Origin: a virus
Lineage: Duplodnaviria > Caudoviricetes
Virus record (IMG/VR): IMGVR_UViG_3300027804_000001
Coordinates: 32,001-96,000 of that record
DNA: 64,000 bases
Direction: 5' to 3' (one strand)
The position numbers and the translations under genes are program-made. Shown in pieces: positions 1-9,891 of the stretch. Position 1 is the stretch's first letter. The number at the start of each line of letters is the position of its first letter. The notes under the pieces are model-generated. The model saw nothing but the letters and a program-made list of their open reading frames with translations, ran no database searches and was not told the DNA's origin.

Positions 1-454
1 CCATATCAATTTCACCCATACCTACAATTTTCGCATCAAACTCAACAGCACCTTCAGGTATACCCATTTCTTTCATTACCAATTCCACCGCCAATTGTTC
101 CAATTCCTCTTTGTGATTTGATTCAATTTGAACAATTGTGTTGTGTGCATTCATTAATGTTTGTTGAAGTTGCATAACTCCCTCCATTCCTCTTTGTACT
201 GGTGCATTATCACCCAAATATCTTCTTAAATTAGACACAACTTGTCTATATCTTTCAGATGCTAAAACTTCTTGGAAATTTTTGTTTGGTTCTTCACCTG
301 TAGAAGGTAATGGTACTTTTTTCAATGGAGTATCTCCTTGGGATAATTTATCCTGTAAACCTTGGTCAGGCCTATCCTGAGTATCAAAATCCATTGCCAT
401 TTCTTTAATATTGTTTTCTATTAAAGATAACAAATTTTTTTTATTTATTTGCAT
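1..454 (-). CDS. Hypothetical protein, partial (runs off the window start)
   Basis: Read manually: ATG at 454 (MQINKKNLLSLIENNIKEMAMDFDTQDRPD...), open to base 1; overlaps the end of the 441..1208 ORF. Confidence 0.8.
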   Translation of the reverse strand, partial: MQINKKNLLSLIENNIKEMAMDFDTQDRPDQGLQDKLSQGDTPLKKVPLPSTGEEPNKNFQEVLASERYRQVVSNLRRYLGDNAPVQRGMEGVMQLQQTLMNAHNTIVQIESNHKEELEQLAVELVMKEMGIPEGAVEFDAKIVGMGEIDM

Positions 455-1208
455 TTTCCTTTTCTTTTAATGCTTTTGGTTTAGGATCTTTTCCCGGACC
501 TGGTTGATAAGGTGTTTTTGGTTTTGTACCTGGTTCTACTTTTGGTTTTGTCGGTGCAGGTTTTGTTGTGGGTGATGATTCTTTTACCTCTGTATTAGAA
601 ATTGCATCATAACTCATAAATTCAGGAATACCGTTATGTCCTTTTTTAACATTTGGACCAACCTCAACCTCATTTATTTTTACTTTAATTAATTCCATGA
701 TTTCATTCTTTGATGTAAATGAATGGAAATTACTCTCTGCAATTGTTTCTAACCAATCTTTAACTTCGGTATTCTCTCTTTTAACATTTTTCCACATAGC
801 GGCTGCCGCAACTGCTTCAGGGTCTTTTGCACCACTCTCTTTTGCCTTTGTAACAACTTTCTCAAATCCCTTACCTTTTTTACCTATATTTTCACCCTTC
901 TTGGCTTTTTTAACTATTTCACTTTTCTTTTCTTTAGATAAACCAGCAGATGGTTTTTCTTCTTTAATATCTTCACCAAATGTGGTTTTTTTCAAAGCCT
1001 CAGCATTTTTAACCGGATCTTTTAACATTGCATTCATCAATGCAACATCTTGTGGTTTATTTTTATCTAATTTAGTCATAACAACTTGTGTTGCTTCACC
1101 TAATATTCTTGACGACAATTCAGATAATTGTTTATCGGTAAAATTAACTAATGTCTTTTCAGAGAAACCCTCGTTTATTAGTTTCTCCACAATTTCATTT
1201 CTTTTCAT
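441..1208 (-). CDS. Hypothetical protein, Lys/Glu/Pro-rich, possibly virion-associated
   Basis: 255-aa ORF in an overlapping minus-strand operon; no recognisable motif. Confidence 0.8.
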   Translation of the reverse strand: MKRNEIVEKLINEGFSEKTLVNFTDKQLSELSSRILGEATQVVMTKLDKNKPQDVALMNAMLKDPVKNAEALKKTTFGEDIKEEKPSAGLSKEKKSEIVKKAKKGENIGKKGKGFEKVVTKAKESGAKDPEAVAAAAMWKNVKRENTEVKDWLETIAESNFHSFTSKNEIMELIKVKINEVEVGPNVKKGHNGIPEFMSYDAISNTEVKESSPTTKPAPTKPKVEPGTKPKTPYQPGPGKDPKPKALKEKENANK

Positions 1209-1606
1209 GATTCTTTGAATTTTATTTCTTCTTTTAATAAATGATAATTTCTTTGTTTTAGTTTTTTGGTAACCGATTCAACACTTTCACCAAATCTAAA
1301 TGATAATCTATCAAATTGATTATCAAAATCGAATTTCTCCCAAGCTAATGCAATTACATTATCTACAGCATCAATAACTCCGAAATAATCGGAGTTTTGA
1401 ATTAATTCTAGTTCTAAATCTGTATTTTTTAATAACCCAACTAAATCAACATATTCGATACTTGGTGATTTTGATTGTTGGGTTGATGATGCGGGTATGA
1501 CAAACCACTCCTCTATGTCAAGATCAGTTGATTTACTGAAGATAAATTCGTACTGTTTTTGACCTTTGTAATCTGAACCAATTTCATTAACATAGATAAG
1601 GACCAT
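1205..1606 (-). CDS. Hypothetical protein
   Basis: 133-aa ORF, ATGA overlap with the next gene. Confidence 0.8.
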   Translation of the reverse strand: MVLIYVNEIGSDYKGQKQYEFIFSKSTDLDIEEWFVIPASSTQQSKSPSIEYVDLVGLLKNTDLELELIQNSDYFGVIDAVDNVIALAWEKFDFDNQFDRLSFRFGESVESVTKKLKQRNYHLLKEEIKFKES

Positions 1607-1608
1607 TA

Positions 1609-2640
1609 TTAATTAAAATATTTACTCAATGTTTCACCAACACTTTTGTTAATTTCATTTTTGATTTCGTCTAAGTCAATTTCTTTTAAATCATCTTCAT
1701 GACTTGTCTCGTCAATATCAGCATATTTTGATAAATCAATTTCGTCTGTTTCATCAACAGAATCAATAGGTGTATTAATGAAAGTTTCAAGAGCATCAAT
1801 ACCATCTATTTCACCTAAATCTTCTTCAGCAGATGGTTCTTCAGATGGAACTTCTTCCTCACCACCCATATCGGGTTCTTCAGCAGGTACTTCTTCCTCA
1901 CCACCCATTTCATCTTCTTCTCTTTCAAATTTCTTACTTATTTCTTCAATATCCTCATCGTCTAATTTATCCAAATCAACTGCAGAAATAATCATGTTAA
2001 GCACATATTTGATATCGTCACTTTCCATCTTGTCTTGTTGGTCTCTTAATTCTTGACCTAACTTACCAGCAAATTTTTGTACTTCAGCCATATAGTCTGA
2101 ACGCTTAGATTCCCCACCTTCTTCACTACCATCAGGTCCCATAGATGGTTCCTCTGATGGTGGCATATCAGATGGTTCAGAATCTGTTGATGGTTCTTCA
2201 GCAGATGGTGGTGGTAATTCACCCATAGGTTCTTCGGCAGCTGGTGGTGGAGTTTCCATTGATGGTTCCGCCATAGGTGCTTCTTCCTGAGATGGTTTAG
2301 TTTTTAAAACATATTTTGTTGCTTCTTGTAATTCTTCTTGTCCCTTTAAAAGTTCTAATCTTTTTAAGGCTTCGGCGTATGATGAAAACTTATTTTTATT
2401 TTTCATAAACATTCCGCCGATATAATCAAGGGATGATTCGTTTAATCCTCTTTTAACATAGTAACCGTCTTTTTCTTTCACTATACCATATATTCCACCG
2501 GTCTTAGCTTCGGACACCATTTCAGGTGTTGATTTTGAGGTTTTATTATTCGAATTCTTGTAGTATGTTAATTCGAGGATTCTCTTTAGTTTGTCATCTC
2601 CCGATAACTTCTCACTACCAATTGGTTTTAAATCTGCCAT
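1609..2640 (-). CDS. Hypothetical highly acidic protein (possible scaffold/head protein)
   Basis: 343 aa with Glu/Asp/Pro low-complexity tracts; TATTTATA motif upstream (2674-2681). Confidence 0.8.
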   Translation of the reverse strand: MADLKPIGSEKLSGDDKLKRILELTYYKNSNNKTSKSTPEMVSEAKTGGIYGIVKEKDGYYVKRGLNESSLDYIGGMFMKNKNKFSSYAEALKRLELLKGQEELQEATKYVLKTKPSQEEAPMAEPSMETPPPAAEEPMGELPPPSAEEPSTDSEPSDMPPSEEPSMGPDGSEEGGESKRSDYMAEVQKFAGKLGQELRDQQDKMESDDIKYVLNMIISAVDLDKLDDEDIEEISKKFEREEDEMGGEEEVPAEEPDMGGEEEVPSEEPSAEEDLGEIDGIDALETFINTPIDSVDETDEIDLSKYADIDETSHEDDLKEIDLDEIKNEINKSVGETLSKYFN

Positions 2641-2710
2641 TTTTTAAAAATTAAGATTGACTTATTCTTATCCTATAAATACATAGATATATAGAAAAAA
2701 ATAAGTCTCT

Positions 2711-3490
2711 TTATTGTGATATGGACAATTTTTTGTCCGTTATATTATTTTTTAAATCTAATAATTTCTTTATGTATCCGTTTCTTCTAAGTAATTTGAA
2801 GGTTAGGTTCTCGTATGAATACTCACCACCACTCTCTAAACCGCTTTGTCTGAACTTTTTTATTCTCTTTCTTAAGTCCTCTATTTGAGATAAAACGTTT
2901 TGATTAACCCCCTTAGATGTGATAGAATCTATTTTTTTTGCAAATTCCTCACCCTTCTCTAATATTTTTCTGTCATCGATACTTGGATTTTCTTTTTTGG
3001 GTTCAATAATCCATTCACCATTTAACACAGAATAAACCCCTGAGGATATGTGCTGCTCATTGACATCTTGAACATAAAGTTCAACATCAAATCCCTTAAT
3101 TTTAATATTGTGTTTTTCATTCCAAACATTTTTTTTTGCATCAAAAAATTCTTTCATTATTGTATGAAACGCGATTGAATCCATCTCCTTTTTTCCATCT
3201 ATTTCATCCATGTCAATCAAAATGTGTAAATCAACATCTGAATATTCAGACCAATTAAAGTTAGCCAACGAACCCGTTAAAACAATATCATGAATAAAAA
3301 ACTCAACTCCCAAAGATTCAATGAAATCATCAGATATTTCAATTAACCTTTTTCTGATTTCATCTTTCATCTCATAAGAATCATCGTTTTTATTGAAAAT
3401 CAACGAACATAATGAATCCTTTGATTCAAAGGATTTTACTATCTTTTCGTCTTCTTCCCTATCTTCGATTAGTTCTTCAAATAAACTCAT
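2711..3490 (-). CDS. Pol-beta superfamily nucleotidyltransferase
   Basis: hhhTGSxANxxWxxxSDxDLH motif (DIVLTGSLANFNWSEYSDVDLHIL) and a later ELYVQD strand. Confidence 0.75.
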   Translation of the reverse strand: MSLFEELIEDREEDEKIVKSFESKDSLCSLIFNKNDDSYEMKDEIRKRLIEISDDFIESLGVEFFIHDIVLTGSLANFNWSEYSDVDLHILIDMDEIDGKKEMDSIAFHTIMKEFFDAKKNVWNEKHNIKIKGFDVELYVQDVNEQHISSGVYSVLNGEWIIEPKKENPSIDDRKILEKGEEFAKKIDSITSKGVNQNVLSQIEDLRKRIKKFRQSGLESGGEYSYENLTFKLLRRNGYIKKLLDLKNNITDKKLSISQ

Positions 3491-3732
3491 CCTACTTTAG
3501 TGTATTTGTAACTTCTTGAGATACTCTCATTGAAGTATTTTCCTTGGGACTTAGCCATTCTAAATTTTGTGAACTTTTCCCATGGAACGTTATTATATTC
3601 ATAAATAGACCCACTATTAAAAGTGACCACCAAATTTTTGGATTCAGTATCATATTTGGCGGATTTTAAATTTGAAGATTCAATAAGAACTTCAATAATG
3701 GTACCCTCAATTTTTTCTGATAAAATAGACAT
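3487..3732 (-). CDS. KTSC domain protein
   Basis: SSNLKSAKYD...LVVTFNSGSIYEYNNVP...SQGKYFN matches the KTSC pattern. Confidence 0.85.
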   Translation of the reverse strand: MSILSEKIEGTIIEVLIESSNLKSAKYDTESKNLVVTFNSGSIYEYNNVPWEKFTKFRMAKSQGKYFNESISRSYKYTKVG

Positions 3733-3773
3733 ATTCTTTTTTATGAATAATATAACATATAAATATCAAATAA

Positions 3774-3797
3774 AAAACCCCACATATGTGGGGTTTC
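3774..3797 (-). terminator. Intrinsic terminator hairpin after the Hsp20 gene
   Basis: AAACCCCACATATGTGGGGTTT inverted repeat with an A tract on the left. Confidence 0.7.
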
Positions 3798-3799
3798 AA

Positions 3800-4171
3800 T
3801 TAATTTAGAGATACTAACCTCTCAATAGTTTTTTTCTTATCAATCGGCAGTTTCAATTCTAATACCCCATTCTCAACTTTACCTTCAATATCTTTTTCTT
3901 TAACATCTTCAGGTAATGTGTAAGATTTTTTAAAATTATTCACAAAATAGGTTTTCTCTACTTTTTCTTGTTTTTCAAAAGAAATTGTAATTGTACCATC
4001 TTTTATGGTAATTTTTATGTCTTCTTTAGTAAGACCAGGAACACTCATTAATAACTTGTACTCAGTTTCATTTTTACTGATACTAGTTTGTGGTACCGAA
4101 CTACCGATGTAAGATGTTTCGAATACTTTATCGAACACATCGAAAAGTGGATCTTTAAATAATGTTATCAT
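3800..4171 (-). CDS. Small heat-shock protein (Hsp20/alpha-crystallin family)
   Basis: VPGLTKEDIKI...FKKSYTLPEDV...IEGKVENGVLELKLP. Confidence 0.92.
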   Translation of the reverse strand: MITLFKDPLFDVFDKVFETSYIGSSVPQTSISKNETEYKLLMSVPGLTKEDIKITIKDGTITISFEKQEKVEKTYFVNNFKKSYTLPEDVKEKDIEGKVENGVLELKLPIDKKKTIERLVSLN

Positions 4172-4212
4172 ATTTTTTAAATTTTACAATTCAGTTATCA
4201 AGTATTTTACCA

Positions 4213-4262
4213 AATGTCTAAAACTGACATTTAGACATTCGTTAGATATTTTTTTAGACATT
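4213..4262. promoter_or_regulatory. Operator-like array of TAGACATT boxes between divergent Hsp20 and ClpC genes
   Basis: AATGTCTA-N11-TAGACATT perfect inverted repeat (4213-4239); further boxes TAGATATT 4243-4250 and TAGACATT 4255-4262. Confidence 0.55.
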
Positions 4263-4295
4263 TTGTCTTTATTTTGTTTTTATAAATTTTAGTAT

Positions 4296-4303
4296 TATAT
4301 TTG
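4296..4303 (+). promoter_or_regulatory. Bacteroidota sigma70 -7 element
   Basis: TATATTTG (consensus TAnnTTTG) upstream of the ClpC start. Confidence 0.65.
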
Positions 4304-4326
4304 TTTGTAACAAAACTTAAAAAATA

Positions 4327-6345
4327 ATGGCAGTAGATTTTTTTGAAGAGGGGAATGTAAGTAACCCAAGAAGAGTACGTAAAAACAGTGAAACACCTAT
4401 CTTAGATAATTTTAGTAGAGACCTTACTAAGTTGGCAGAAGAAGGTAAAATCGACCCCGTTATTGGTCGAGATAAAGAAGTGAAAAGAATATCACAAATC
4501 CTTTCAAGAAAGAAAAAAAACAATGCAGTTATAGTTGGTGAGGCGGGTGTTGGTAAATCTGCGTTAGTTGAAAAACTAGCATTGTCAATTAAAGAAGGTA
4601 AATGTCCATCAAACTTAGTTGACAAAAGAATTGTTTCTCTTGATTTAACTTCTTTAGTCGCGGGAACAAAATATAGAGGTCAATTTGAGGAGAGGATTAA
4701 GGCGATTCTTAATGAGTTATATGAGGTAAAGAATATTGTATTATTCATTGATGAACTACACACCATGGTTGGAGCGGGAAATGCAAGTGGTTCTATGGAT
4801 GCAGCAAACATTTTAAAACCGGCTTTGGCTAGAGGTGAAATACAATGTATTGGTGCAACTACTTTTGATGAATATAAAAAACATTTAGAAAAAGATTCTG
4901 CATTAGTACGAAGATTTCAAAAAATCATATTAAGTGAGCCTGATGAGAAAGAAACAACTCAAATATTAGAAAACCTTAAAGATTCTTATGAAAATTATCA
5001 CAAAGTATCATATGGTGAAAATGTTATTAATACCATCGTAAAATTATCTAAAAAATTTATCACTGATAGACAATTTCCTGATAAGGCTATTGATATATTA
5101 GACGAACTTGGTTCTGAAAAGAAGATATCTAATAAGATGCCAGAATCGGTTGAAAAACTTAAAAAAGATATCGATGTTGTAAAGGAAAAAAAGATTTCAG
5201 TTGTTAAGAGTCAAGATTACGAACAAGCCGCAAAACTTAGAGATGAAGAAAAGAAATTAAATTTAAAACTGGAAAGTGAAAAGAAAAAATGGTTAGATAA
5301 TTTAAAGAATAACAAAATGCTGATAACAGTTGACGATGTTTATGAAATCGTTACTGAAATGACAGGTGTTCCAATAACTAAATTGGATGAAAAAGAAACT
5401 GATAAATTATTGAAGATGGAAGAAATTCTAACTTCAAGAGTTATTGGTCAAGATGATGCAATAAAAGTCATATCAAAAGCAATAAGAAGAAATCGTGTTG
5501 GTATTAAAGATTCTAATAAACCAATTGGTTCATTTATATTTTTAGGATCAACCGGTGTTGGTAAAACTTATTTAGCCAAATCAATTGCTGAGTTATTGTT
5601 CGGTGACCCCGATAAGATAATTCGAGTTGATATGAGTGAATACATGGAAAAACACAATGTGTCCAAATTAATTGGTTCTCCTCCAGGATATGTTGGTTAT
5701 GATGAAGGTGGACAATTAACTGAAAAAGTTAAGAACAACCCGTTCTCTGTTATTCTTTTTGATGAAATTGAAAAAGCACATAAAGATGTTTTTAATATCC
5801 TACTTCAAATTTTAGATGAAGGACATTTAACCGATTCGTTTGGTAGAAAGATTAATTTTACAAACACAATCATTATCATGACATCTAATGTGGGTGCTAA
5901 GAAAGTTTCTGAATTTGGTAATGGCGTTGGATTTTCAACCTCATCATCTGAAGAACAAAAATATGAAGTAAGGAAAACAATGATTCAAAAATCATTAAAA
6001 CAACAATTTAATCCTGAATTTTTGAATCGTATTGATGATATTATCCTATTCAATCATTTAGATGAAACAGTACTTAAGAAGATTATCACCATTGAAATTG
6101 GTAAACTTATTAAGAGATTGGTTGAAAAAAATTACCTTGTAATTTTTGATAAATCTGTTGCAAGTAGAATTTTCGAATTAAATTCACAGGAAGAATATGG
6201 TGCAAGACCACTAAAAAGAATAATTCAAAATCTATGTGAAGATTTCTTAAGTGAAGAGATTTTAAGAGGTAATATTATTGAAAATGAACAAGTTACTTTA
6301 AAGTTTAAAGACGAAAAACTTACAATAACTAAAAAAATATTGTAA
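4327..6345 (+). CDS. clpC: ClpC-type Hsp100 AAA+ ATPase lacking the N-terminal Clp-repeat domain
   Basis: Two Walker A ([16 protein letters not shown]) and Walker B ([16 protein letters not shown]) motifs; UVR-like M domain ([15 protein letters not shown]); GVGF ClpP-docking loop; [15 protein letters not shown]. Confidence 0.9.
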   Translation: MAVDFFEEGNVSNPRRVRKNSETPILDNFSRDLTKLAEEGKIDPVIGRDKEVKRISQILSRKKKNNAVIVGEAGVGKSALVEKLALSIKEGKCPSNLVDKRIVSLDLTSLVAGTKYRGQFEERIKAILNELYEVKNIVLFIDELHTMVGAGNASGSMDAANILKPALARGEIQCIGATTFDEYKKHLEKDSALVRRFQKIILSEPDEKETTQILENLKDSYENYHKVSYGENVINTIVKLSKKFITDRQFPDKAIDILDELGSEKKISNKMPESVEKLKKDIDVVKEKKISVVKSQDYEQAAKLRDEEKKLNLKLESEKKKWLDNLKNNKMLITVDDVYEIVTEMTGVPITKLDEKETDKLLKMEEILTSRVIGQDDAIKVISKAIRRNRVGIKDSNKPIGSFIFLGSTGVGKTYLAKSIAELLFGDPDKIIRVDMSEYMEKHNVSKLIGSPPGYVGYDEGGQLTEKVKNNPFSVILFDEIEKAHKDVFNILLQILDEGHLTDSFGRKINFTNTIIIMTSNVGAKKVSEFGNGVGFSTSSSEEQKYEVRKTMIQKSLKQQFNPEFLNRIDDIILFNHLDETVLKKIITIEIGKLIKRLVEKNYLVIFDKSVASRIFELNSQEEYGARPLKRIIQNLCEDFLSEEILRGNIIENEQVTLKFKDEKLTITKKIL

Positions 6346-6382
6346 ATACTTGACTTTTTTCAAAAATTATATATATTTATAT

Positions 6383-6490
6383 TCTCGGAGGTTCTCTTTG
6401 TCGATTACCTTTTCGTTTTTTTTCATAAGTAAGTGGGGTTGAATCCACTGAAAGACCTTAAAACCCCGACATTCCTTGTTGGGGTTTTTT
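6383..6490 (+). ncRNA. Candidate small RNA with its own promoter and terminator
   Basis: TATTTATA at 6374-6381; no ORF; GAGGUU/GACCUU closing stem, GUGG..CCAC hairpin, terminator ACCCCGACA/TGTTGGGGT plus U tract. Confidence 0.55.
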
Positions 6491-6521
6491 ATTTTCAAAA
6501 TTTTTTGTTATATTTACACTT

Positions 6522-6716
6522 ATGAAGAAATACACATTTATCTTGGCTATTTTCGCAACAATTGCGTTAACGGCCTGTGGTTCCGGGTCGACCACAACTG
6601 AAACAACTGACTCTACGGCGGTTAGTGTTGATACTACAGCGGCAGTTGTAGATTCAACTAATGTCGATACTCAAACAGGTGGGGGATCTGGATCAGATTC
6701 TCAACCTATTAAGTAA
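6522..6716 (+). CDS. Small Ser/Thr-rich lipoprotein
   Basis: Signal peptide with lipobox LTAC followed by a disordered S/T/D tail. Confidence 0.8.
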   Translation: MKKYTFILAIFATIALTACGSGSTTTETTDSTAVSVDTTAAVVDSTNVDTQTGGGSGSDSQPIK

Positions 6717-6722
6717 AAATAT

Positions 6723-6748
6723 GGGCCGGATTAAATTCCGGCCCTTTC
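6723..6748 (+). terminator. Intrinsic terminator
   Basis: GGGCCGGA-ttaaat-TCCGGCCC followed by TTTC. Confidence 0.7.
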
Positions 6749-6760
6749 TATTTATTTGTT

Positions 6761-7177
6761 ATGGAATATGTTGGAGATTTAATATTATTGAGAGGAGTAC
6801 CGGGGTCAGGAAAAACGACTCTTGGGGAAATTATACTCCAAACAACACAACATCAAATACCTGATGTATTATCGGCGGATAATTTTTTTATCAATGATAA
6901 AGGTGAATATAATTTCGATAGTACGAAATTAAAAGAAGCACATAATTTTTGCCAACAAAAATGTGCCGAAAGAATGCGTTTGGAGTTTTCAAAAATTGTG
7001 GTTGCAAATACATTTACACAAGAATGGGAAATGAAACCATACTTTGAGATGGCAGAAAGATATCGATACCGAATTCATAGTATAATTGTAGAGAATAGAC
7101 ACGGAAACAAAAATATACATGATGTTCCCGATGATAAAGTTCAGATAATGAAAGATAGGTTCGAAATTCAGTTGTGA
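6761..7177 (+). CDS. P-loop polynucleotide kinase-like protein (AAA_33 / N4BP2-like)
   Basis: LRGVPGSGKTT Walker A, SADNFF, VVANTFTQEWEM, HDVP lid. Confidence 0.8.
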   Translation: MEYVGDLILLRGVPGSGKTTLGEIILQTTQHQIPDVLSADNFFINDKGEYNFDSTKLKEAHNFCQQKCAERMRLEFSKIVVANTFTQEWEMKPYFEMAERYRYRIHSIIVENRHGNKNIHDVPDDKVQIMKDRFEIQL

Positions 7178-7249
7178 TGGGTAAGTTTATTCTTTCTTTT
7201 ACTAATATCACATATCCACAAAAAAAAAGAACAAAAGGATTATTAAAAC

Positions 7250-8281
7250 TTGCTAAGTACTTTAGAAAAATATTACCAAAATGGTTTGTTACAAAAACAA
7301 ACACACCCAAATCTTGATTTAACTATATGGAATTATTCTCCAAAAGTTCAATACGAAAGATTGTGGGATGATGTTACCATGCAATGCCGTGGATTAGTTA
7401 CTAATTCAAAAGGTGAGATTGTCGCAAGACCATTTAAGAAATTCTTTAACTACGAAGAACATAAACCAGAAGATATCCCAAACGAAGATTTTGTGGTCTA
7501 TGAAAAAATGGATGGATCTTTGGGTATTCTTTTCAACTATAAAGGAGAATGGATAATGGCAACTCGTGGTTCATTCACCTCTCCACAAGCAATTAAAGGA
7601 AAAGAAATTCTTAATAGACATGACATTAGTGCGTGGAGAAAAGACAATACATATTTGTTTGAAATTATTTATCCTGAAAATAGAATTGTTGTTGATTATG
7701 GTGATGAAGAAAAGTTAGTTGTTCTTGGTGGTTTCCATACAGAAACAGGTGAAGAAATACCCGATAGTAGTTTATTTTGGACACAAGATTCAGGATTTGA
7801 AATTGTTACAAAATATAAAACATGGGGAGAAGGATACGATTTACTTAAAGAAGAAATATCTAAAGAGAAAGAAGGTTATGTAATTCGTTTTAAAAATGGT
7901 TTTCGTATGAAAATCAAAGGAGATGAATATGTTAGACTTCATAGGATAATAACTAACGTTTCAAATAGAGATATTTGGGAATATCTAAAAGATAATAAAC
8001 CATTTGATGAATTACTTGAAAAAGTTCCTGATGAATTTAATGAATGGGTTAAAGAAACAGTACGAGATTTAACTGTTAGATTTGAAAACATTGATGACGA
8101 TTATAACAATATTTTTAATTCAATTAATACAATAGACAGAAAACAATTCGCTGAAAATGCAAAAAATTATCCATACCCATCAATATTGTTTGCGATGTAC
8201 GATGGAAAACCAACACATAACATTATATGGAAATTAATATATCCACAATACTCAAAACCATTTAAAAAAGATGATGCCTAA
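7250..8281 (+). CDS. T4 Rnl1-like RNA ligase
   Basis: Motif I EKMDGSLG, ATRGSF, FEII, EGYV, KIK; N-terminal CRGLV and ARPFKKFFN. Confidence 0.88.
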   Translation: MLSTLEKYYQNGLLQKQTHPNLDLTIWNYSPKVQYERLWDDVTMQCRGLVTNSKGEIVARPFKKFFNYEEHKPEDIPNEDFVVYEKMDGSLGILFNYKGEWIMATRGSFTSPQAIKGKEILNRHDISAWRKDNTYLFEIIYPENRIVVDYGDEEKLVVLGGFHTETGEEIPDSSLFWTQDSGFEIVTKYKTWGEGYDLLKEEISKEKEGYVIRFKNGFRMKIKGDEYVRLHRIITNVSNRDIWEYLKDNKPFDELLEKVPDEFNEWVKETVRDLTVRFENIDDDYNNIFNSINTIDRKQFAENAKNYPYPSILFAMYDGKPTHNIIWKLIYPQYSKPFKKDDA

Positions 8282-8894
8282 TTTATATGTTTGTGGTGAT
8301 AGTTTTGTTGATTGGGATAAACCTGATACACATTGGATAGATTATTTATCCAATCATTATAATATTATCAAATTAGGGAGATACGGATCAGATAATCATA
8401 GTATATTATATCAAATGGGATTAATTAATGATTATCTAAATGGGGACAGAGTGGTTGTTGTTTTTACGGCACCAGGAAGATTTCCAAGAAGATATTTTGG
8501 TGAAAGAGAAATCAATCAAGACGTAAAATATATTACATGGGAATGGTATAAAGACAAAAATTTTGCTAAGAAATTAATGGAATTAAGAGTTAAAGAAACT
8601 GAAAGTTGGTTAAATGGTGAAAGGAATTCAGAAATTGAATTTCTTAAAAAGGTGAAAGTTTTTTATGGTGATTTTAAACCTGTTTTTGTAACATGGAATG
8701 AAGACTTTTATAAAAAAACATATGATTTTGTTGATTTAATAAAAGTAACATCAATATCTGATGAAGGTGGTGAAGAAAATGATTGGCACCCTGGTTGGAA
8801 GGGTTGTTATGAATTTTATCAAAAAATTTATAATTTATTAGAAATAAAAGATACTATGGTAGATTATATTGATAAAATCAATAAAATACTATGA
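8271..8894 (+). CDS. SGNH/GDSL-like hydrolase-fold hypothetical protein
   Basis: N-terminal LYVCGDSF and C-terminal DWHPG motifs. Confidence 0.5.
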   Translation: MMPNLYVCGDSFVDWDKPDTHWIDYLSNHYNIIKLGRYGSDNHSILYQMGLINDYLNGDRVVVVFTAPGRFPRRYFGEREINQDVKYITWEWYKDKNFAKKLMELRVKETESWLNGERNSEIEFLKKVKVFYGDFKPVFVTWNEDFYKKTYDFVDLIKVTSISDEGGEENDWHPGWKGCYEFYQKIYNLLEIKDTMVDYIDKINKIL

Positions 8895-9409
8895 AACTAA
8901 CAAATGAAGAATTTGAAATTTTATTAAATGAATTAAATAATACTCCAACAATGGATGAAGAGGAAATAAAATTTATAAAATCGGCACACCCACAACTTTA
9001 TTATACAAGTGAAAATAAAAGAGATAATGGCGTTTCTTTATATACCGATAGAAGTTTTATTTATAGTTTAAAAAATGAAAAATTAAAAAAAATATTATGC
9101 GATAAATTTAATGAAGATATACAGAATGTTTATTCAATACATAAATTAATATATGGTATTGGTGGTCATGCAAAAAAACATAAAGATAGATTTACAACAC
9201 ACAAAACTGTTAGTATAATATTATCAGATAATTTTAAAGGTGGTGAAATGTATATTAATGAACAATTAGTAGAGATGAATGAATTGGGTAATTATATAGT
9301 TTTTGATGGTGGGAGAGATTTACATGAAGTTAAAGAAATAATTGAGGGTGAAAGAGAAGTTTTAGTAATATGGTTTTCAAAAAAACCGGCAAAATTTAAT
9401 TTAATATGA
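8891..9409 (+). CDS. 2OG-Fe(II) oxygenase
   Basis: HKD...SIILSDNFKGGE...LHEV...R HxD..H..R pattern. Confidence 0.75.
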   Translation: MKLTNEEFEILLNELNNTPTMDEEEIKFIKSAHPQLYYTSENKRDNGVSLYTDRSFIYSLKNEKLKKILCDKFNEDIQNVYSIHKLIYGIGGHAKKHKDRFTTHKTVSIILSDNFKGGEMYINEQLVEMNELGNYIVFDGGRDLHEVKEIIEGEREVLVIWFSKKPAKFNLI

Positions 9410-9891
9410 TGAAAACAGAAAAGAAGAAACTTTATTTGGATGATGTGAGAACCCCCACATCGGAAGATTGGGTTGTTGTACGCAATTATGATGAATTTGT
9501 TCATCAAATAAATTTATATGGTTTAGAATCTTTTGAGGTTATTTCATTAGATCACGATTTAGGTGAAGACGCAATGGTTGAATATTATACTAATGTGAAA
9601 AATAATTTTACTTTAGATTATAATAATATCCAAGAAAAAACAGGAATGGATTGTTGTAAGTTTTTAGTTAATCTGAGTATGACAAAATACATACCACTAC
9701 CACAAATTTATGTTCATTCTGCAAACCCTATAGGTAGTGCAAATATGATGGGTTATATAAATAACTATTTAATGAATTGTGGACTACCCCAAACATGTGT
9801 TAGGGTTAAAATTGACCATACTATTCACGAATCACATTTAATACCACCCGAAGCTAGAAAGGCCAAATGGGACAGAAGTATAAAAAAATAA
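9406..9891 (+). CDS. Cyclic-phosphate-processing receiver-like domain protein
   Basis: LYLDDVRTP, ISLDHDLG, VHSANPIG motifs; sits with PNK and RNA ligase. Confidence 0.7.
   Translation: MMKTEKKKLYLDDVRTPTSEDWVVVRNYDEFVHQINLYGLESFEVISLDHDLGEDAMVEYYTNVKNNFTLDYNNIQEKTGMDCCKFLVNLSMTKYIPLPQIYVHSANPIGSANMMGYINNYLMNCGLPQTCVRVKIDHTIHESHLIPPEARKAKWDRSIKK

Noticed and set aside
697-2056. Plus-strand ORFs 697..1218 and 1778..2056 and similar antisense ORFs throughout the track
   Set aside because: They shadow longer, well-formed opposite-strand genes and have unnatural composition.
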